From Escherichia coli (lineage in GTDB: Bacteria; Pseudomonadota; Gammaproteobacteria; Enterobacterales; Enterobacteriaceae), in NCBI RefSeq assembly GCF_051903065.1, contig NZ_CP178438.1: a stretch of 64,000 bases of DNA. The stretch is one strand, 5' to 3'. Below are positions 14,325 to 25,767 of this stretch, piece by piece; the first letter of the stretch is position 1; each line of letters starts with the position of its first letter. The notes beneath the pieces are model-generated. The model searched no databases. It saw nothing but the letters and a program-made list of their open reading frames with translations, and had not been told where the DNA came from. A program made the position numbers and the translations under genes.

Positions 14325-14489
14325 AAGGCGGCAGTGAGAAGACCGCCATTTCAGGTTACCCTACCTTCCTGCCGGATGCGATTCACCCTACAAATTCAAT
14401 AAATTATGAATCAATACGCAGGCTTGATAAGCGAAGCGTATCAGGCATTTGTCTTTGTTGCGGCGGCACTTCTACCGCCGCTTCATCGG

Positions 14490-15695
14490 TTAACCGGCAA
14501 AAATCGGCAACATCAAATACAACTTAATTACCAGCGCATTGACGATATCGATAAAGAACGCACCGACCATCGGCACCACCAAAAACGCCATGTGCGACGG
14601 GCCAAAGCGTTCAGTGATCGCCTGCATGTTGGCGATTGCCGTTGGCGTTGCACCGAGGCCAAAACCACAGTGACCCGCAGCCAGCACTGCCGCATCGTAG
14701 TTTTTGCCCATCATGCGCCAGGTAACGAAGATGGCATACAACGCCATGAAGATGGTCTGTACCACCAGAATCGCCAGCATCGGCAGCGCCAGCGAAGCCA
14801 GCTCCCACAGTTTCAGCCCCATCAACGCCATCGCCAGGAACAACGACAAGCTTACGTTACCCAGCACGGATACCGCACGCTCAAAGACGCGGTAAAAGCC
14901 CATTATTGACAGACCGTTGCTCAGAATCACGCCAACAAACAGTACACAGACGAAGGTCGGCAGTTCAAAAGCAGTGCCAGCCAAAAGTTGCGCAACAATT
15001 TTCCCCACCGTCAGGCAGATAGCAATCAGCGCGATAGTTTCAATCAGCACCAACGAGGTGATCATGCGGCCCACATCCGGCTTTTCAAACGCCGTCGGGA
15101 CTTCCTGGTCATCCGGAATACCGTTCGGCGTGGTGGAGTGTTTCACCAGATAGCGCGCCACCGGACCGCCAATCAAGCCGCCCAGCACCAGACCGAACGT
15201 TGCACAGGCCATCGCCACTTCCGTCGCATTGGTGAAGCCATAACGTTCAATGAACAATTTACTCCACGCAGCGCCCGTACCGTGACCGCCGGAAAGCGTA
15301 ATAGAACCGGCCAACAGCCCCATCAGCGGATCAAGCCCTAACAGGCTAGCCATACCAATGCCAATGGCATTTTGCATCACCAACAGACCAACAACCACAA
15401 TCAAGAAGATGCCAACCACACGCCCACCGGCACGCAAACTGGCAATGTTGGCGTTCAGGCCAATGGTGGCGAAGAAAGCCAGCATTAACGGATCGCGCAG
15501 GGACATATCAAAGTTGACTTCCCAGCCCATGCTTTTTTTCAGTACTAGTAGCGCCAGCGCCACCAACAAACCACCCGCAACAGGTTCCGGTATGGTGTAT
15601 TTCTTCAAAAAGGAGACGGAATGGACCAACTTACGCCCGAGCAGCAACGTCAGCGTTGCGGCAACAAGCGTTGCTAAAGTATCGAGATGAAACAT
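14490..15695 (-). CDS. gltS: Sodium/glutamate symporter
   Basis: 401 aa polytopic membrane protein MFHLDTLATLVAATLTLLLGRKLV... matches GltS. Confidence 0.93.
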   Translation of the reverse strand: MFHLDTLATLVAATLTLLLGRKLVHSVSFLKKYTIPEPVAGGLLVALALLVLKKSMGWEVNFDMSLRDPLMLAFFATIGLNANIASLRAGGRVVGIFLIVVVGLLVMQNAIGIGMASLLGLDPLMGLLAGSITLSGGHGTGAAWSKLFIERYGFTNATEVAMACATFGLVLGGLIGGPVARYLVKHSTTPNGIPDDQEVPTAFEKPDVGRMITSLVLIETIALIAICLTVGKIVAQLLAGTAFELPTFVCVLFVGVILSNGLSIMGFYRVFERAVSVLGNVSLSLFLAMALMGLKLWELASLALPMLAILVVQTIFMALYAIFVTWRMMGKNYDAAVLAAGHCGFGLGATPTAIANMQAITERFGPSHMAFLVVPMVGAFFIDIVNALVIKLYLMLPIFAG

Positions 15696-15974
15696 AGTTA
15701 CTCCTTTGTATCCGCATCACTCTTTCATACTCGTCATACTTCATCGCGCAGTGGCAACTTCATGAACTATGACGGGTATCGAGTTATGCTTTCCTGGGTC
15801 AAATTCTCAGCTGTTAATGAACAAATGGCATGGATTTTAAGCAGAAAAATACCAAAAGTTATATAAAAAAGTGCATTTATCTCATTTAAATATTTAGATG
15901 AGGATGTGGCAAACGTTTGCTTTTCTCTTTCGGTCAGCTAAAATGCCCGCTTTGCTACCACGGGATTGTTTTCG

Positions 15975-17366
15975 ATGTCTGTTTCCACCCTCGAGTCAGA
16001 AAATGCGCAACCGGTTGCGCAGACTCAAAACAGCGAACTGATTTACCGTCTTGAAGATCGTCCGCCGCTTCCTCAAACCCTGTTTGCCGCCTGTCAGCAT
16101 CTGCTGGCGATGTTCGTTGCGGTGATCACGCCAGCGCTATTAATCTGCCAGGCGCTGGGTTTACCGGCACAAGACACGCAACACATTATTAGTATGTCGC
16201 TGTTTGCCTCCGGTGTGGCATCGATTATTCAAATTAAGGCCTGGGGTCCGGTTGGCTCCGGGCTGTTGTCTATTCAGGGCACCAGCTTCAACTTTGTTGC
16301 CCCGCTGATTATGGGCGGTACCGCGCTGAAAACCGGTGGTGCTGATGTTCCTACCATGATGGCGGCTTTGTTCGGCACGTTGATGCTGGCAAGTTGCACC
16401 GAGATGGTGATCTCCCGCGTTCTGCATCTGGCGCGCCGCATTATTACGCCGCTGGTTTCTGGCGTTGTGGTGATGATTATCGGCCTGTCGCTAATTCAGG
16501 TTGGGTTAACGTCCATTGGCGGCGGTTACGCAGCCATGAGCGATAACACCTTCGGCGCACCGAAAAATCTGCTGCTGGCAGGCGTGGTCTTAGCCTTAAT
16601 TATCCTGCTTAACCGTCAACGTAACCCTTACTTACGCGTGGCCTCACTGGTGATTGCGATGGCGGCCGGATATGCGCTGGCGTGGTTTATGGGCATGTTG
16701 CCAGAAAGCAACGAACCGATGACGCAAGAACTGATTATGGTGCCAACGCCGCTCTATTACGGTCTTGGCATTGAATGGAGTCTGCTGCTGCCGCTGATGC
16801 TGGTCTTTATGATCACTTCGCTGGAAACCATTGGCGATATCACGGCGACCTCTGACGTTTCCGAACAGCCAGTGTCCGGTCCGCTGTACATGAAACGCCT
16901 GAAAGGTGGCGTGCTGGCAAACGGCCTGAACTCGTTTGTTTCGGCGGTGTTTAACACCTTCCCGAACTCCTGCTTCGGGCAAAACAACGGAGTGATCCAG
17001 TTGACTGGTGTTGCCAGCCGCTATGTCGGTTTTGTCGTCGCGCTGATGTTGATCGTGCTGGGTCTGTTCCCGGCAGTGAGCGGTTTTGTACAACACATTC
17101 CAGAACCGGTTCTGGGCGGCGCAACGCTTGTAATGTTTGGCACCATCGCCGCCTCCGGTGTGCGTATCGTTTCTCGTGAGCCGCTGAACCGTCGGGCGAT
17201 TCTGATTATCGCGCTGTCGCTGGCGGTTGGTCTGGGCGTGTCTCAGCAGCCGCTGATTTTGCAGTTTGCCCCTGAATGGCTGAAAAACCTGCTCTCCTCC
17301 GGGATCGCCGCGGGCGGTATTACTGCCATCGTGCTGAATCTGATTTTCCCACCAGAAAAACAGTAA
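15975..17366 (+). CDS. xanP: Xanthine permease (NCS2 family)
   Basis: 463 aa from [31 protein letters not shown]...; matches XanP/YicE. Confidence 0.93.
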
Positions 17367-17370
17367 TTCA

Positions 17371-17400
17371 CTGGCGGCGGTAAGATAATTACCGCCGCAG
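17371..17400 (+). terminator. Rho-independent terminator-like hairpin after xanP (ctggcggcggtaagataattaccgccgcag)
   Basis: GC-rich inverted repeat immediately after xanP stop. Confidence 0.45.
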
Positions 17401-17486
17401 TCTCACCTCTTTCACCATTCCCGCCTTGAGGATTGCACGTAAATCGTGCATAACTCCCTTATGTGCATTTCACGGGATGGAAGACC

Positions 17487-19196
17487 ATGAAATTTATTGG
17501 GAAGCTGCTTCTCTACATTCTCATCGCTCTGTTAGTGGTGATCGCTGGCCTCTATTTTCTTCTGCAAACCCGCTGGGGAGCAGAACATATCAGCGCATGG
17601 GTTTCCGAGAATAGCGACTATCATCTGGCCTTCGGGGCGATGGATCACCGTTTTTCCGCGCCATCTCATATCGTGCTGGAGAATGTCACGTTTGGTCGTG
17701 ATGGCCAGCCCGCGACCCTGGTGGCCAAAAGTGTCGACATTGCGCTAAGTAGTCGGCAACTGACCGAACCACGCCATGTCGATACCATCCTGCTGGAAAA
17801 CGGGACGCTGAATCTCACCGACCAGACCGCGCCGCTACCGTTCAAAGCCGATCGTCTGCAACTGCGTGATATGGCGTTTAATAGCCCGAATAGCGAATGG
17901 AAACTGAGCGCGCAGCGGGTAAATGGCGGCGTGGTTCCGTGGTCACCAGAAGCCGGTAAAGTGCTGGGTACGAAGGCGCAGATTCAGTTTAGTGCCGGAT
18001 CGCTTTCGCTCAATGATGTTCCTGCCACCAATGTACTGATTGAAGGCAGTATTGATAACGATCGCGTTACGCTGACTAACCTGGGTGCCGACATCGCGCG
18101 CGGGACATTAACCGGAAACGCGCAGCGTAACGCCGACGGCAGCTGGCAAGTGGAAAACCTGCGCATGGCGGATATCCGTCTACAAAGCGAAAAATCGCTA
18201 ACCGACTTCTTTGCGCCATTACGCTCTGTCCCGTCGTTGCAGATTGGTCGCCTGGAAGTGATCGATGCTCGTTTGCAAGGTCCGGACTGGGCGGTGACCG
18301 ACCTCGATCTCAGCTTGCGCAACATGACCTTCAGTAAAGATGACTGGCAGACACAAGAAGGCAAACTGTCGATGAACGCTAGCGAGTTCATTTATGGTTC
18401 GCTGCATTTATTTGACCCGATTATAAACGCGGAATTTTCCCCGCAGGGCGTAGCGCTGCGCCAGTTCACCAGCCGCTGGGAAGGGGGTATGGTCAGAACG
18501 TCAGGGAACTGGCTGCGTGACGGGAAAACGTTGATCCTTGATGATGCGGCAATTGCCGGGCTGGAATATACCTTGCCGAAAAACTGGCAACAGTTGTGGA
18601 TGGAAACGACACCCGGTTGGTTAAACAGCCTGCAACTGAAGAGATTTAGCGCCAGCCGCAATCTGATCATTGATATCGACCCTGACTTCCCGTGGCAGCT
18701 CACCACGCTCGATGGTTACGGTGCCAACCTGACGCTGGTTACCGATCATAAATGGGGCGTCTGGAGTGGCTCGGCGAATCTGAATGCCGCCGCCGCGACA
18801 TTCAATCGTGTTGATGTTCGTCGCCCGTCGCTGGCGCTGACCGCCAACAGCAGCACGGTGAATATCAGCGAACTGAGTGCATTTACTGAAAAAGGCATTC
18901 TGGAAGCCACTGCCAGTGTTTCACAAACGCCACAACGTCAGACCCATATCAGCCTGAATGGACGCGGTGTGCCGGTGAATATTTTGCAACAATGGGGATG
19001 GCCTGAATTACCGTTGACTGGCGACGGCAATATTCAGCTTACCGCCAGTGGAGATATTCAGGCCAATGCCCCGCTGAAACCTACGGTTAGCGGGCAATTG
19101 CATGCCGTGAACGCCGCAAAGCAGCAAGTGACTCAAACCATGAATGCGGGCGTCGTTTCCAGCGGTGAAGTTACATCGACGGAGCCGGTGCAGTAA
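17487..19196 (+). CDS. yicH: AsmA-family protein YicH
   Basis: 569 aa from MKFIGKLLLYILIALLVVIAGLYFLLQTRWG... with N-terminal membrane anchor. Confidence 0.9.
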   Translation: MKFIGKLLLYILIALLVVIAGLYFLLQTRWGAEHISAWVSENSDYHLAFGAMDHRFSAPSHIVLENVTFGRDGQPATLVAKSVDIALSSRQLTEPRHVDTILLENGTLNLTDQTAPLPFKADRLQLRDMAFNSPNSEWKLSAQRVNGGVVPWSPEAGKVLGTKAQIQFSAGSLSLNDVPATNVLIEGSIDNDRVTLTNLGADIARGTLTGNAQRNADGSWQVENLRMADIRLQSEKSLTDFFAPLRSVPSLQIGRLEVIDARLQGPDWAVTDLDLSLRNMTFSKDDWQTQEGKLSMNASEFIYGSLHLFDPIINAEFSPQGVALRQFTSRWEGGMVRTSGNWLRDGKTLILDDAAIAGLEYTLPKNWQQLWMETTPGWLNSLQLKRFSASRNLIIDIDPDFPWQLTTLDGYGANLTLVTDHKWGVWSGSANLNAAAATFNRVDVRRPSLALTANSSTVNISELSAFTEKGILEATASVSQTPQRQTHISLNGRGVPVNILQQWGWPELPLTGDGNIQLTASGDIQANAPLKPTVSGQLHAVNAAKQQVTQTMNAGVVSSGEVTSTEPVQ

Positions 19197-19248
19197 ACAT
19201 CAATCTCGTCGGGTACGACTCAGACGTACCCGGCATTCCATCAATAGA

Positions 19249-21567
19249 TTACAACGTAATTGTCAGCGCATTCCCTTGAGGCTTCACCACCAGCCCCTGC
19301 TCACTTTCAGCCTGCGAACCGCCTTGCAGACCATTTACTTTCACAACATTGCGCAAGCACAGTGTCCAGTTCCTCGCCTCGCCCGCACCAATCACAGTAA
19401 TCGTGTTACCAGTACGTGTTGCTTTTAGAGTAAAGATCACCGAACCGTCAGCAGCGGGCACTTCACAGACGGCTTCATGCCCGTCTTGCTGATTAAAGAG
19501 GTGGAATGCCGTGCCTTCGTGCCACGCGTAATCGGGACGTTGATCGTTGTTGCCCAGCGCCAGTAGAGTGTTATCACGCACATAAACGGGCAGACTCAGG
19601 AAGCTGTGCTGCTGTTTATGCCAGCGACTACCGTCGAGTTCATCGTTGTGCCACAGGTGTGTCCAGCGACCTTCCGGCAGGTAGAACTGCACATCGCCCG
19701 CTTCAGTGAACACCGGCGCAACCATCACGTTGTCGCCTAACATGTATTGACGGTCAAGGTAATCACAAGCCGGATCGTCCGGGAACTCCATCATCATGGC
19801 CCGCATCATCGGCGTACCCCGCGTGTTTGCACGCGCAGCTTCACGATACAGATACGGCATCATGCGGCATTTCAGTTGCGTGAAGAAGCGCACCACATCA
19901 CAGGACTCATCATCGTAGGCCCACGGCACACGATAAGATTTGCTGCCATGTAAACGGCTATGGCTGGAGAGCAAACCAAACGCGCACCAGCGTTTGTAAA
20001 CGTGTGCCGGAGCGGTATTTTCAAAGCCGCCGATATCGTGGCTCCAGAAGCCAAAACCTGAAAGGCCAATAGACAAACCACCGCGCAGGCTTTCCGCCAT
20101 TGATTCGTAGTTAGCGTAACAGTCACCACCCCAGTGTACCGGGAATTTCTGCGCACCAACGGAGGCCGAGCGGGCAAACAAGACGGCTTCTTCCTCACCA
20201 ACGGTGTCCTTGAGCACGTTCCACACCAGTTCGTTGTAGATGTACGCATAATGGTTATGCATTTTCTGCGGATCGGAACCGTCAAACCACTGAACATCGG
20301 TTGGGATACGTTCGCCAAAGTCGGTCTTAAAGCAATCAACGCCCATCGCGACCAGACCTTTCAGTTTGTCGGCGTACCATGTGCAGGCATCCGGATTGGT
20401 AAAGTCATAAATCGCCAGACCTGGCTGCCATTTATCCCACTGCCACAGCGAACCGTCCGGGCGTTTGAGTAAATAGCCTTTCTCTTGTAACTCTTTAAAG
20501 ACGGGGGATTTTTGCCCGATATAGGGGTTAATCCAGACGCAGATTTTCAGCCCTTTCGCTTTCAGGCGGCGGATCATCCCTTCCGGGTCCGGGAAAGTCA
20601 GCGGGTCCCACTCAAAATCGCACCACTGGAAGGCTTTCATCCAGAAACAGTCAAAGTGGAAAACATGCAGTGGCAGATTGCGTTCCGCCATACCATCGAT
20701 AAAGCTGTTTACTGTCGCCTCGTCGTAGTTGGTGGTAAATGAAGTGGTTAGCCACAGACCGAAGGACCACGCGGGCGGCAGCGCCGGACGACCAGTAAAG
20801 CGGGTATAACGATCAAGTACCGCTTTCGGCGTCGGACCGTCGATAACAAAGTATTCGAGATATTCACTCTCAACGCTGAACTGCACTTTGGAGACTTTCT
20901 CCGATCCCACTTCAAAAGAGACGCATTGGGGATGATTGACCAGTACCCCATAACCACGGTTAGTCATGTAGAACGGGATATTTTTATACGCCTGTTCAGT
21001 ACTTGTGCCGCCGTCCCGGTTCCAGGTCTCTACCGTTTGACCATTGCGCACCAGGGCAGTGAAGCGCTCTCCCAGACCATAAACTGTTTCGCCAACGCCA
21101 AGATCCAGCCGCTCAAACATATAATTTCGTTGATTATTCGTGTCCTGCACGTAGCCATTATTTTTCACCTGACTACCGGTAATACGTTCGCCGTTGCGCA
21201 GAAAATCCAGTGACCAGAACTCACCTTTGCTGACACGCGCACTTAAGTTGCCACTTTTAAACTCAGCATAACGCTCTGTGTTTTCGATTGTGACCTTCAC
21301 GTCCTGCAAAATATTGAGTGGGTAATGAGGACCGTTATTCAGCGCCCCCTGAAAATGCTCAATCCGTACACCGACAATACCTTCCTGTGGGGAGAAAAAG
21401 CGCAGCGTAAATAAAGGCGTATCAAGCTGCCAGGTACGTTCACGCACATCACGGGGGGCAGCATAGACCACCATTTCATTACCCTGCTGTTCAACCTCGA
21501 ACACCTGAAGCGGGTGAATCAAATTGAGGCCAGGTTGAATCAACCAGTTTCCATCGCTAATTTTCAT
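19249..21567 (-). CDS. yicI: Alpha-xylosidase (glycoside hydrolase family 31)
   Basis: 772 aa [38 protein letters not shown]... matches YicI. Confidence 0.94.
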   Translation of the reverse strand: MKISDGNWLIQPGLNLIHPLQVFEVEQQGNEMVVYAAPRDVRERTWQLDTPLFTLRFFSPQEGIVGVRIEHFQGALNNGPHYPLNILQDVKVTIENTERYAEFKSGNLSARVSKGEFWSLDFLRNGERITGSQVKNNGYVQDTNNQRNYMFERLDLGVGETVYGLGERFTALVRNGQTVETWNRDGGTSTEQAYKNIPFYMTNRGYGVLVNHPQCVSFEVGSEKVSKVQFSVESEYLEYFVIDGPTPKAVLDRYTRFTGRPALPPAWSFGLWLTTSFTTNYDEATVNSFIDGMAERNLPLHVFHFDCFWMKAFQWCDFEWDPLTFPDPEGMIRRLKAKGLKICVWINPYIGQKSPVFKELQEKGYLLKRPDGSLWQWDKWQPGLAIYDFTNPDACTWYADKLKGLVAMGVDCFKTDFGERIPTDVQWFDGSDPQKMHNHYAYIYNELVWNVLKDTVGEEEAVLFARSASVGAQKFPVHWGGDCYANYESMAESLRGGLSIGLSGFGFWSHDIGGFENTAPAHVYKRWCAFGLLSSHSRLHGSKSYRVPWAYDDESCDVVRFFTQLKCRMMPYLYREAARANTRGTPMMRAMMMEFPDDPACDYLDRQYMLGDNVMVAPVFTEAGDVQFYLPEGRWTHLWHNDELDGSRWHKQQHSFLSLPVYVRDNTLLALGNNDQRPDYAWHEGTAFHLFNQQDGHEAVCEVPAADGSVIFTLKATRTGNTITVIGAGEARNWTLCLRNVVKVNGLQGGSQAESEQGLVVKPQGNALTITL

Positions 21568-21576
21568 TGCCGTTCC

Positions 21577-22959
21577 TTAGTTCTGCACTTCTTGAGAGGT
21601 GAATTGTTGCTGGCAACGGCGTTTGCCCTGGGCCAGCTGTTCCATAACGGTTTTCAGATTGTGCGTCGTGAGTGAGTAGTAGCGTTTAGCGATAATCGCG
21701 CTCAGCAAATAACAGATCGCCGGAACAATCGTGAATAGCGCAATAATGATGCTAATCGTGGCGCTGTTCTGCGCTTTTTCTGCCGCATCATATCCGCCAT
21801 AAGCCAGCATCCAGCCGATAAGAGCGCCGCCGAAGGCCAACCCCAGTTTGAGCACAAACAGCGTGCCAGCAAAACTGATCCCGGTCAGGCGTTTACCATT
21901 GCACCACTCGCCGTAGTCGACGGTATCGGACATCATTACCCACTGGATAGGTGTCACCAGTTGATGCAACACACCAATCACGAAGATGAAGACAAACATA
22001 GTGATGCTGGCCTGCATGGGAACAAAGAACATCGCGAGGCTAATCACTGCCAGCAGGGCGTTCGTCCACCAGAAAATAGTGACTTTACATTTCCAGTCGG
22101 TCAGCGGTTTTGCCAGAGCGGAACCAATCAGGTTACCCACGCAATAAGTGGTGAGAAAAGCGACAAACACTTCCGGCGTACCCAAAATCCATGTGACGTA
22201 ATACATCATCGCTCCACCGCGTACGCACACCGCCAGGATATTGAAAATGGTTAGTAAACCGACAATCCGCCACTGGTCGTTTTGCCAGATATCACGTAAA
22301 TCTTCCCGCATAGACGTCGTTGTAGGTGGTGCTTCAACGCGTTCTTTAGTGGTGAAGAAACAGAATGCCAGCATCATGAATGCCACCACGGAAAGGACCG
22401 CGATACCACCCTGGAAACCGAGTGGTTTATTATCACCACCAATTAAATTAACCAGTGGCATCATCAGAACCGTAGAAAGCATGCCTCCCGCGGTCGCCAG
22501 CACAAAACGCCAGGATTGCAGCGAGATACGCTGAGTCGGGTCATTGGTGATTACACCACCCAATGCGCAGTAAGGGATATTGACGACGGTATAAAGTAAG
22601 GTAAGTAGGGTGTAAGTAATTGCTGCATAAATCATTTTTCCGTTCATACTGAGATCTGGCGTGCTATAGGCCAGTACACAGACGATCCCAAATGGCAGTG
22701 CGCCAAACAGTACCCACGGACGAAATTTACCCCAGCGAGAGCGCGTTCGATCGGCCAACAACCCCATGCAAGGATCGGAAATCGCATCCAGTGCACGAGC
22801 GACCAAAAACATGGTTCCGACAAATCCGGCAGGAATGCCAAAAATATCGGTATAAAAGAACATCATATATAACATTACGTTATCGAAAATAATGTGGCTG
22901 GCGGCGTCTCCCATGCCATAACCAATTTTCTCTTTAACGGACAACACTTCACTCTTCAT
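21577..22959 (-). CDS. yicJ: GPH-family sugar:cation symporter YicJ
   Basis: 460 aa membrane protein MKSEVLSVKEKIGYGMGDAASHIIFDNVMLYMMFFY...; adjacent to yicI as in the known yicJI operon. Confidence 0.92.
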   Translation of the reverse strand: MKSEVLSVKEKIGYGMGDAASHIIFDNVMLYMMFFYTDIFGIPAGFVGTMFLVARALDAISDPCMGLLADRTRSRWGKFRPWVLFGALPFGIVCVLAYSTPDLSMNGKMIYAAITYTLLTLLYTVVNIPYCALGGVITNDPTQRISLQSWRFVLATAGGMLSTVLMMPLVNLIGGDNKPLGFQGGIAVLSVVAFMMLAFCFFTTKERVEAPPTTTSMREDLRDIWQNDQWRIVGLLTIFNILAVCVRGGAMMYYVTWILGTPEVFVAFLTTYCVGNLIGSALAKPLTDWKCKVTIFWWTNALLAVISLAMFFVPMQASITMFVFIFVIGVLHQLVTPIQWVMMSDTVDYGEWCNGKRLTGISFAGTLFVLKLGLAFGGALIGWMLAYGGYDAAEKAQNSATISIIIALFTIVPAICYLLSAIIAKRYYSLTTHNLKTVMEQLAQGKRRCQQQFTSQEVQN

Positions 22960-23251
22960 CTACTTTTCCTTGATGCTATAGGGGTGCTGAGACCGATAAC
23001 GCATTTTGTAAACCATCCCTGTGAGAGCGAATATTCCGATATCTGGTTATTAATTTATGATTCTTGTTTTATGTGATCGTGGTAGCGTTAATTCCGCTCA
23101 TATGTCATTGTAAAATATGGATTTTATATGAACTATAATGCTTTCGTGATAATACGCTGCGTGTATTAGGCGGAAAAAACTGATCTGGGGGATGTAGAAA
23201 CTCAAGGAAGTAGCTATAATGCGCCCCGCCTCCATGTAGCAATCGAGGCGC

Positions 23252-23346
23252 GGAAGATCGTCGTCTCCGGTGAGGCGGCTGGACTTCAAATCCAGTTGGG
23301 GCCGCCAGCGGTCCCGGGCAGGTTCGACTCCTGTGATCTTCCGCCA
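23252..23346 (+). tRNA. selC: tRNA-Sec (selenocysteine tRNA, UCA anticodon)
   Basis: 95 nt sequence GGAAGATCGTCGTCTCCGGTGAGGCGGCTGGACTTCAAATCCAGTTGGGGCCGCCAGCGGTCCCGGGCAGGTTCGACTCCTGTGATCTTCCGCCA read directly; matches E. coli selC. Confidence 0.97.
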
Positions 23347-23645
23347 GTTTACCTCTTCTGAACTCTCCCAATGTCAATAAATCTCTTCTAATCCCTTGTA
23401 TATCAGTATTTATTTGTATCCAGAGGTCAACCTACTTCACCCCGTATCAAGTTTCTTTTGGGGGTACTTTAGGGGGTGTTATTTCCTATTGAAATACCAG
23501 CACCCCCATAATAGGAAAAATGTGATATATAACAACGGCTTTTAACAACATCTTTGTTATACAAGGGGTGTATTGGGGGTATCAGGTTAGTTACTGGCAG
23601 AAATCCCCCTCAGGAACATGAATTCATCAAAAGCCGGAGGATGTC

Positions 23646-24422
23646 ATGGCATTAACCGATATCAAAGTGAAAACCGCAAAACCCAAAGACAAACCCTATA
23701 AGCTTGCTGATGGCGGCGGTATGTATCTACTGATTAACACTAATGGTTCTAAATACTGGCGCATGAAGTACCGCTTTGCTGGTAAAGAAAAGATGCTTTC
23801 TATTGGCGTATACCCCGATGTAACGCTAGCCGATGCTCGCGAGAAACGCAGTGAAGCCAGGAAACTCCTCGCTGCTGGAGGCGATCCAGGGGAGGCAAAA
23901 AAGGAAGAAAAAATCGCGCAGCAAATGAGTCTGCAAAATACGTTCGAGGCTATTGCTCGCGAATGGCACCAGTCAAAAGCCGATCGGTGGTCATTACGCT
24001 ATCGTGATGAAATCATTGATACCTTTGAAAAAGACATTTTTCCCTACATTGGCAAGCGCCCTATTGCCGAAATCAAACCAATGGAGTTACTGGAAGCACT
24101 GCGTAAAATGGAAAAACGTGGAGCTCTGGAGAAAATGCGCAAGGTCCGCCAGCGCTGTGGTGAGGTGTTCCGCTATGCAATTGTTACTGGCCGGGCAGAC
24201 TATAACCCAGCCCCCGATCTTGCCAGTGCTTTAGCTACACCGAAAAAAGTACATTTTCCCTTTCTTACTGCTAATGAACTTCCCCACTTCCTCAACGATC
24301 TGGCGGGTTATACCGGAAGTATAATCACTAAGACAGCTACTCAGATCATTATGTTAACCGGCGTACGAACACAAGAACTGCGTTTTGCACGCTGGGAAGA
24401 TATCGATTTTGAGACAAAATTG
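23646..24422 (+). pseudogene. P4-type (tyrosine recombinase) integrase, N-terminal about 259 codons only; truncated by IS insertion
   Basis: MALTDIKVKTAKPKDKPYKLADGGGMYLLINTNGSKYWRMKYRFAGKEKMLSIGVYPDV... is a typical P4-like integrase N-terminus; reading frame runs into the IS inverted repeat and stops; catalytic C-terminal half is absent. Confidence 0.85.
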
Positions 24423-25479
24423 GGCTTTGTTGAATAAATCGAACTTTTGCTGAGTTGAAGGATCAGATCACGTATCTTCCCGACAACGCAGACCGTTCCG
24501 TGGCAAAGCAAAAGTTCAAAATCACCAACTGGCCCACCTACAATAAAGCCCTCATCAACCGTGGCTCCATAACTTTCTGGCTGGATGATGAAGCTATTCA
24601 GGCCTGGTATGAGTCAGCAACACCTTCTTCACGAGGCAGACCTCAGCGCTATTCTGACCTTGCCATCACGACTGTGCTGGTCATTAAACGCGTATTCAGG
24701 CTGACCCTGCGCGCTGCGCAGGGCTTTATTGATTCCATTTTTTCTCTGATGAACGTTCCGCTACGCTGCCCGGATTACAGCTGTGTCAGCAGGCGGGCAA
24801 AGTCGGTTAATGTCAGTTTCAAAACGCCCACCCGGGGTGAAATCGCACACCTGGTAATTGATTCCACCGGGCTGAAGGTCTTCGGTGAAGGCGAGTGGAA
24901 AGTCAAAAAGCATGGCCAGGAACGCCGCCGTATCTGGCGTAAGCTGCATCTCGCCGTTGACAGTAAAACACATGAAATCATCTGCGCTGACCTGTCGCTG
25001 AACAACGTTACGGACTCAGAGGCCTTCCCCGGGTTAATCCGGCAAACCCACCGGAAAATCAGGTCAGCCGCCGCCGATGGCGCTTACGATACCCGGCTAT
25101 GTCACGATGAACTGCGGCGTAAGAAAATCAGCGCGCTTATCCCTCCCCGAAAAGGTGCGGGTTACTGGCCCGGTGAATATGCAGACCGTAACCGTGCAGT
25201 GGCTAATCAGCGAATGACCGGGAGTAATGCGCGGTGGAAATGGACAACAGATTACAACCGTCGCTCGATAGCGGAAACGGCGATGTACCGGGTAAAACAG
25301 CTGTTCGGGGGTTCACTGACACTGCGTGACTACGATGGTCAGGTTGCAGAGGCTATGGCCCTGGTACGAGCGCTGAACAAAATGACGAAAGCAGGTATGC
25401 CTGAAAGCGTGCGTATTGCCTGAAAACACAACCCGCTACGGGGGAGACTTACCCGAAATCTGATTTATTCAACAAAGCC
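24423..25479 (+). mobile_element. IS903-like insertion sequence (IS5 family), 1057 bp with 18 bp terminal inverted repeats
   Basis: Left end GGCTTTGTTGAATAAATC at 24423-24440 and its exact inverse GATTTATTCAACAAAGCC at 25462-25479; single DDE transposase ORF inside. Confidence 0.88.
24500..25423 (+). CDS. IS903-family DDE transposase
   Basis: ORF ...AKQKFKITNWPTYNKALINRGSITFWLDDEAIQAWYESATPSSRGRPQRYSDLAITTVL... with DDE-type motifs (DSTGLKV, ADGAYDT); start uncertain (GTG at 24500 or upstream TTG at 24455). Confidence 0.85.
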   Translation: MAKQKFKITNWPTYNKALINRGSITFWLDDEAIQAWYESATPSSRGRPQRYSDLAITTVLVIKRVFRLTLRAAQGFIDSIFSLMNVPLRCPDYSCVSRRAKSVNVSFKTPTRGEIAHLVIDSTGLKVFGEGEWKVKKHGQERRRIWRKLHLAVDSKTHEIICADLSLNNVTDSEAFPGLIRQTHRKIRSAAADGAYDTRLCHDELRRKKISALIPPRKGAGYWPGEYADRNRAVANQRMTGSNARWKWTTDYNRRSIAETAMYRVKQLFGGSLTLRDYDGQVAEAMALVRALNKMTKAGMPESVRIA

Positions 25480-25767
25480 GGATTTCATCTGAACAACGGC
25501 CCACAGGCCGATCGACTTGCCGACCTGGAAAGAATGCTGCATCTGTTCAGCGGCAAACCGATCCCCGACAACCGGGAAAACATCACTATTCATCTGAATG
25601 AGCACATCCGGTCTGTTCAGGGTAAAGAGTGCTATGAAGATGAAATGTTCAGCATCAGATACTTTAAGAAGGGCTCCGCGCACATCACGTTCAGGAAACC
25701 AGAACTGGTTGATCGGCTAAATGATATTATAGCCAGACACTATCCGGAAATGTTACCTTCACAATAG
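25480..25767 (+). pseudogene. Orphan 3' fragment of an unidentified island gene, open from the IS edge (C-terminal 95 codons)
   Basis: Frame is open from the first base after the IS right end (GFHLNNGPQADRLADLERMLHLFSGKPIPDNRENITIHLNEHIRSVQGKECYEDEMFSIRYFKKGSAHITFRKPELVDRLNDIIARHYPEMLPSQ*); no upstream start or RBS context; family not recognised. Confidence 0.4.

Noticed and set aside
23098-23377. Two short minus-strand ORFs (63 and 90 aa)
   Set aside because: They overlap the selC tRNA gene and its promoter; not credible coding sequence.
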